Shown: piece after piece, positions 60,879 to 64,000 of the stretch | Layout of the letters: every line of letters begins with the position of its first letter | Numbering within the stretch: position 1 is the first letter of the stretch | Origin: Phormidium sp. | GTDB lineage: Bacteria; Cyanobacteriota; Cyanobacteriia; Cyanobacteriales; Aerosakkonemataceae | DNA length: 64,000 bases | Direction: 5' to 3' | Assembly: GCA_051013385.1 (NCBI GenBank) | Contig: CP143273.1 | Coordinates: forward strand, 1,888,001 to 1,952,000 | The notes under the pieces: model-generated | Database searches by the model: none | The model's input: only the letters and a program-made list of their open reading frames with translations | Told to the model about the DNA's origin: nothing | Translations under genes and position numbers: made by a program

Positions 60879-60920
60879 AATTTATTGACCCTGAAGTGCA
60901 TATTTCTGGTTTTTGATTTG

Positions 60921-61460
60921 TTAACGTATTCTGCGATTAATGATGACTTTACTAGCATCAGGAGTAACTTCTAACCAAAAATCCGGGATGACAAATTGAT
61001 AGTACAATTCTCCCAGTCGCACGCTCCGCCAAGTACTAGCAATCGGAGCATTTGGTACCCATACTTTCAGAGCTTTGTTAACAGTTTCAGGAACGGCGCT
61101 AGGATCTATTTGTTCGTCAATTTGAAGAATATTGCCATTGGCAGTAACTTGGACTTCAACTTCAAAACCTTGTTGGTTTTTCCCTCTAATTTTGTAGAAC
61201 AGGGAACCATCTGATTTTAGTTCAGTTCGGGCTAAGTTAAAAGTAGCACCTGAAACTGTTTTTGCGGAAGCCATCGCCGGAAGAGGTACTTCTTCTAAGG
61301 GGATTTGTCGTTCTATTCCTGCTAAATTTTGGGCAATTATGAGATTTTCTCTCTCAATTTTTGATTGAGCTTGAACATTGCAGGGATAGATAGAAGCGGC
61401 AGAAATTGCTATACCTGTAACGATCAATATGCTTTGCCAAGTCTTTGTGTGGAACATCAT
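60921..61460 (-). CDS. Secreted hypothetical protein (PepSY/BLIP-like repeats)
   Basis: Signal peptide; two units of the form I...VP..V...K and Y...G....EV.V..NG.IL. Confidence 0.65.
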   Translation of the reverse strand: MMFHTKTWQSILIVTGIAISAASIYPCNVQAQSKIERENLIIAQNLAGIERQIPLEEVPLPAMASAKTVSGATFNLARTELKSDGSLFYKIRGKNQQGFEVEVQVTANGNILQIDEQIDPSAVPETVNKALKVWVPNAPIASTWRSVRLGELYYQFVIPDFWLEVTPDASKVIINRRIR

Positions 61461-61513
61461 AATTTTTTTAGTTGGTTGGTGTTTTTTGGGCAGTGCGATC
61501 GAGCAATTCTTTT

Positions 61514-62869
61514 CTAGAACTGATCTTTTAGTTGAGCAAATAGAGCATCAGGAATTGCGTGTTCCTTTAAGTAAACAAAATTGTACTTTTGTTCTATATT
61601 TTGCCAATCTATAGAACTATCTGAGAGAATTTCTTGCCTAAACATTTCCAATGCTTTACCAGATAATCCTTTTTCCAAACATCTTTTCATAAATAAACGG
61701 CTTTCGTCAATTTCGCCAATACATTCAAAGGGTGTATGAACTGATAAACCTAGCATTTCTCGAAATGTAGGCAGTAAATCTTCATCATCAAACAAGTTTG
61801 TTTGAAATACTGCATCTACTTGATCTGGTTGACAAAAAGCCATTAACCCTAACCAAACATAAGCACATTTTGGGCATCTTTTACACCAAGGTTTTTGGAT
61901 GTTACAGGAATGAATTTGATGAATGACTTCGGGATATTTGCTTAAGTTTTGAAAGATGCGGAAGTCGTAAATGGGTTGTAAGATGCTGAAAAATTTAAAA
62001 TTAGATAACAAATTTTCTCGAACAAATCGATCTAAAATCTGTTCGGCTTCCAGACTCTTACCCCATTGATGGTTAACTTCTTTGCCGATTTCTGACCAAA
62101 ATAAATTACCTGTGTTAGCACTTTTTTCATGAGCCAAACATAAATAATTATACCCTCCGGCTAACATCAAAAATAAGGATTTAAAAATAGAAACTGGAGT
62201 TTCTGGGGCGGTGATTCCTGAATTTTCTGGAAAATATAACTGGAGAAATGGAAAGTCTATAAAATCATCGAAAATTGAGATTTTATGCTTTTTAATTGGC
62301 TGGACATTTTCGAGTACTTGAGCAATTAATTTGTGTTGCCATTCGGCTTTGCCATAAACACTATGAGAATATTGCATAGAAGCAAAAGGAATATCTGCTT
62401 CTTGCAACATTTTCATGGCTAAAATACTGTCTTTACCACCCCCACAACCTGTGAGAATCGTCTGATTATCTCCAAAAATTTGCTCTGGATTGCTTTCTCC
62501 TAAATCTGCGGAATAGATAATTTCTGGCTGTTGGTAATCTGTAACATTGTTTTCATACCAATGTTGCCCAAATACTCCTTGGTAAATTTTGACAAATAAA
62601 TCTAAAACTGGTTTTTCCAGATGTGAAGCAATGTTTGAAATATCATAATATTTGGGGAATAAGGAACATAGTTTCATGCCTTCAAATAAGGCAATATGGG
62701 CAGCAATGCGATCGATTAATTGTTGAGAATACTTTTCTTTCAGTGCTGAAAATGAGAGATCGTGATAAAAAACTTTCGTGGCAAATTTGAATTTATCTGC
62801 ACCATAGATGATCTCTAGATGATGTTCGTGAATTGCCAAATTCTCTATTTTAATTACTTCAATTTTCAT
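61514..62869 (-). CDS. MurL-like PP-loop (adenylating) enzyme
   Basis: GGGKDS, E.SA, VNHQWGKS.EAE, SCN...WC..CPKC and PFECIG motifs. Confidence 0.7.
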   Translation of the reverse strand: MKIEVIKIENLAIHEHHLEIIYGADKFKFATKVFYHDLSFSALKEKYSQQLIDRIAAHIALFEGMKLCSLFPKYYDISNIASHLEKPVLDLFVKIYQGVFGQHWYENNVTDYQQPEIIYSADLGESNPEQIFGDNQTILTGCGGGKDSILAMKMLQEADIPFASMQYSHSVYGKAEWQHKLIAQVLENVQPIKKHKISIFDDFIDFPFLQLYFPENSGITAPETPVSIFKSLFLMLAGGYNYLCLAHEKSANTGNLFWSEIGKEVNHQWGKSLEAEQILDRFVRENLLSNFKFFSILQPIYDFRIFQNLSKYPEVIHQIHSCNIQKPWCKRCPKCAYVWLGLMAFCQPDQVDAVFQTNLFDDEDLLPTFREMLGLSVHTPFECIGEIDESRLFMKRCLEKGLSGKALEMFRQEILSDSSIDWQNIEQKYNFVYLKEHAIPDALFAQLKDQF

Positions 62870-62977
62870 TCTTGATTCCGTGAGTAACCATTGTTTGTTA
62901 TTTTCCGGGTTAATGGCTCAGAGATTTATTCTTTTAGATCCCCGACTTCTTTAAGAAGTCGGGGATCTAAGACATAA

Positions 62978-64000
62978 TTAACTGACAGCAGCTAGTTTTG
63001 TTAGTCCACCATGATAGTTAATTAATTTAGATTCAGCTTTGCCAATTTGAGCTAACCGAAATTGCCACTCAGAAATCTCTTCATAACTGAGGTGGTGGGT
63101 GTCACAACAGGGTGTCCATAAACCACCAACAATTGAGGGATCGTCAAAGCGCAATAAACCAGATTTGCGGATGGTTTCGCCTTGGGGTGTTCCGGGTATG
63201 GGAGAAATGGAATAGGATGCGACTTGAAATTCTAAGTCTGGGTTAATTTCTCTGAGTTGTTGATGGAGTTCTAAAATTGCTTCTTCAAGACGAAGTAAAC
63301 TGTCGTGGTTGTCATCAGGAAACCCAATGATAAAACCATAGATAATTACGGGAAGTCCTACTCGAACGATCGCTCGCATCATCTCACAATGTTGTTGCCA
63401 AGGAAGAAGTTTGGCGTAAGATTCTCTGCCAAAAACTGGACGTTCAGCGGGAATGTAACCGAGAAAACCGCCAACTTTGCCATCCCATCCCCAAAGTGCT
63501 TCGATTAATTCTTCGTCAGGTGTGAGGTCTGTATGATCGTAGTTGCGTCCTCTGCCTAAAGTGGCTTTTCTCAGTTCTAAACCATTGGGCCACAAAAGCG
63601 GCATTCCCATTTCTCTTGCGCCTTTGGTAATTTCCAGAATCTCTTCTTTTCCACCGGGAAACAAAACTCGACCCAGAAATTGATCGGACCCCATAACCGT
63701 ACATTTTGCCCCAGCTTCTTTCTGACGCGCAATCCAATTTAGAGTGGTTTCAGGTGACATCCGGCGATAACCTGATGTGTAGGTTGGGGTTTGGCAAAAG
63801 TCACATTTGCGATCGCACCCAATGTCAGGATAAACTGAGCCGATCGGTACAAGTTGTTCCACAAAAGGTTCTTCGGAATATTCTTGACCCAAACATTGCC
63901 TTGCTACTTCCACTGATGGTAGTGCCCACTCATCTGGACTCATGGCTTTAGTACGGGTAGGATGATAACGACCATCAGCCAAAATCACACCTGTGAGATT
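62978..64000 (-). CDS. Radical SAM protein, 5'-truncated by the window edge
   Basis: GCDRKCDFC (CxxxCxxC), GFIIGFP and PIPGT motifs; frame is open to position 64000. Confidence 0.88.
   Translation of the reverse strand, partial: NLTGVILADGRYHPTRTKAMSPDEWALPSVEVARQCLGQEYSEEPFVEQLVPIGSVYPDIGCDRKCDFCQTPTYTSGYRRMSPETTLNWIARQKEAGAKCTVMGSDQFLGRVLFPGGKEEILEITKGAREMGMPLLWPNGLELRKATLGRGRNYDHTDLTPDEELIEALWGWDGKVGGFLGYIPAERPVFGRESYAKLLPWQQHCEMMRAIVRVGLPVIIYGFIIGFPDDNHDSLLRLEEAILELHQQLREINPDLEFQVASYSISPIPGTPQGETIRKSGLLRFDDPSIVGGLWTPCCDTHHLSYEEISEWQFRLAQIGKAESKLINYHGGLTKLAAVS

Noticed and set aside
655..63951. Numerous short ORFs antisense to or nested in well-supported genes (e.g. 14006-14443, 35065-35472, 39863-40303, 53777-54136, 60159-60506)
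   Set aside because: Shadow ORFs with no motifs, overlapping confident CDSs

Overview
Cyanobacterial chromosomal DNA, probably from a filamentous species. Evidence: abundant HIP1 GCGATCGC, STRR heptamer arrays, the ndhA-ndhI-ndhG-ndhE operon, nblB-like and kaiBC genes. About 1-29 kb is mostly core genes: HNH (partial), DHH phosphoesterase, sixA, gltA, ndhAIGE, NAD kinase, nblB, CBS, M42 peptidase, an SLH lipoprotein, a COG0523-WD40 pair with a candidate Zur box flanked by two small secreted GCxCxxC proteins, AI-2E, AKR, TPR, a 55-aa-repeat coiled-coil protein, fasciclin, DUF4336 and a truncated globin. About 29-37 kb is a toxin-antitoxin/restriction island. It has intact mazEF-like, UPF0175-DUF3368 and PIN pairs, a DUF262/DUF1524 (GmrSD-like) gene and an Mrr-like nuclease. 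It also holds many gene fragments stitched together at microhomologies: shuffled antitoxin modules, VapC stubs and a cytosine-MTase stub. About 37-64 kb holds dapL, a KaiA-less kaiC2-type kaiCB pair, a GT28 (MGDG-synthase/UgtP-like) + GH1 operon, and a rubrerythrin split at an A_AAA_AAG run. It also holds an ABC-type ATPase + putative PD-(D/E)xK nuclease pair and a co-oriented block of radical SAM, MurL-like PP-loop enzyme, secreted protein, PstS homolog and SLH porin. In that PstS homolog the phosphate-binding loop is replaced by CxxxC. Several MITEs with clear target-site duplications are present. No rRNA, tRNA, CRISPR array, integrase or transposase was seen. All family assignments come from motif recognition by eye, not database searches.
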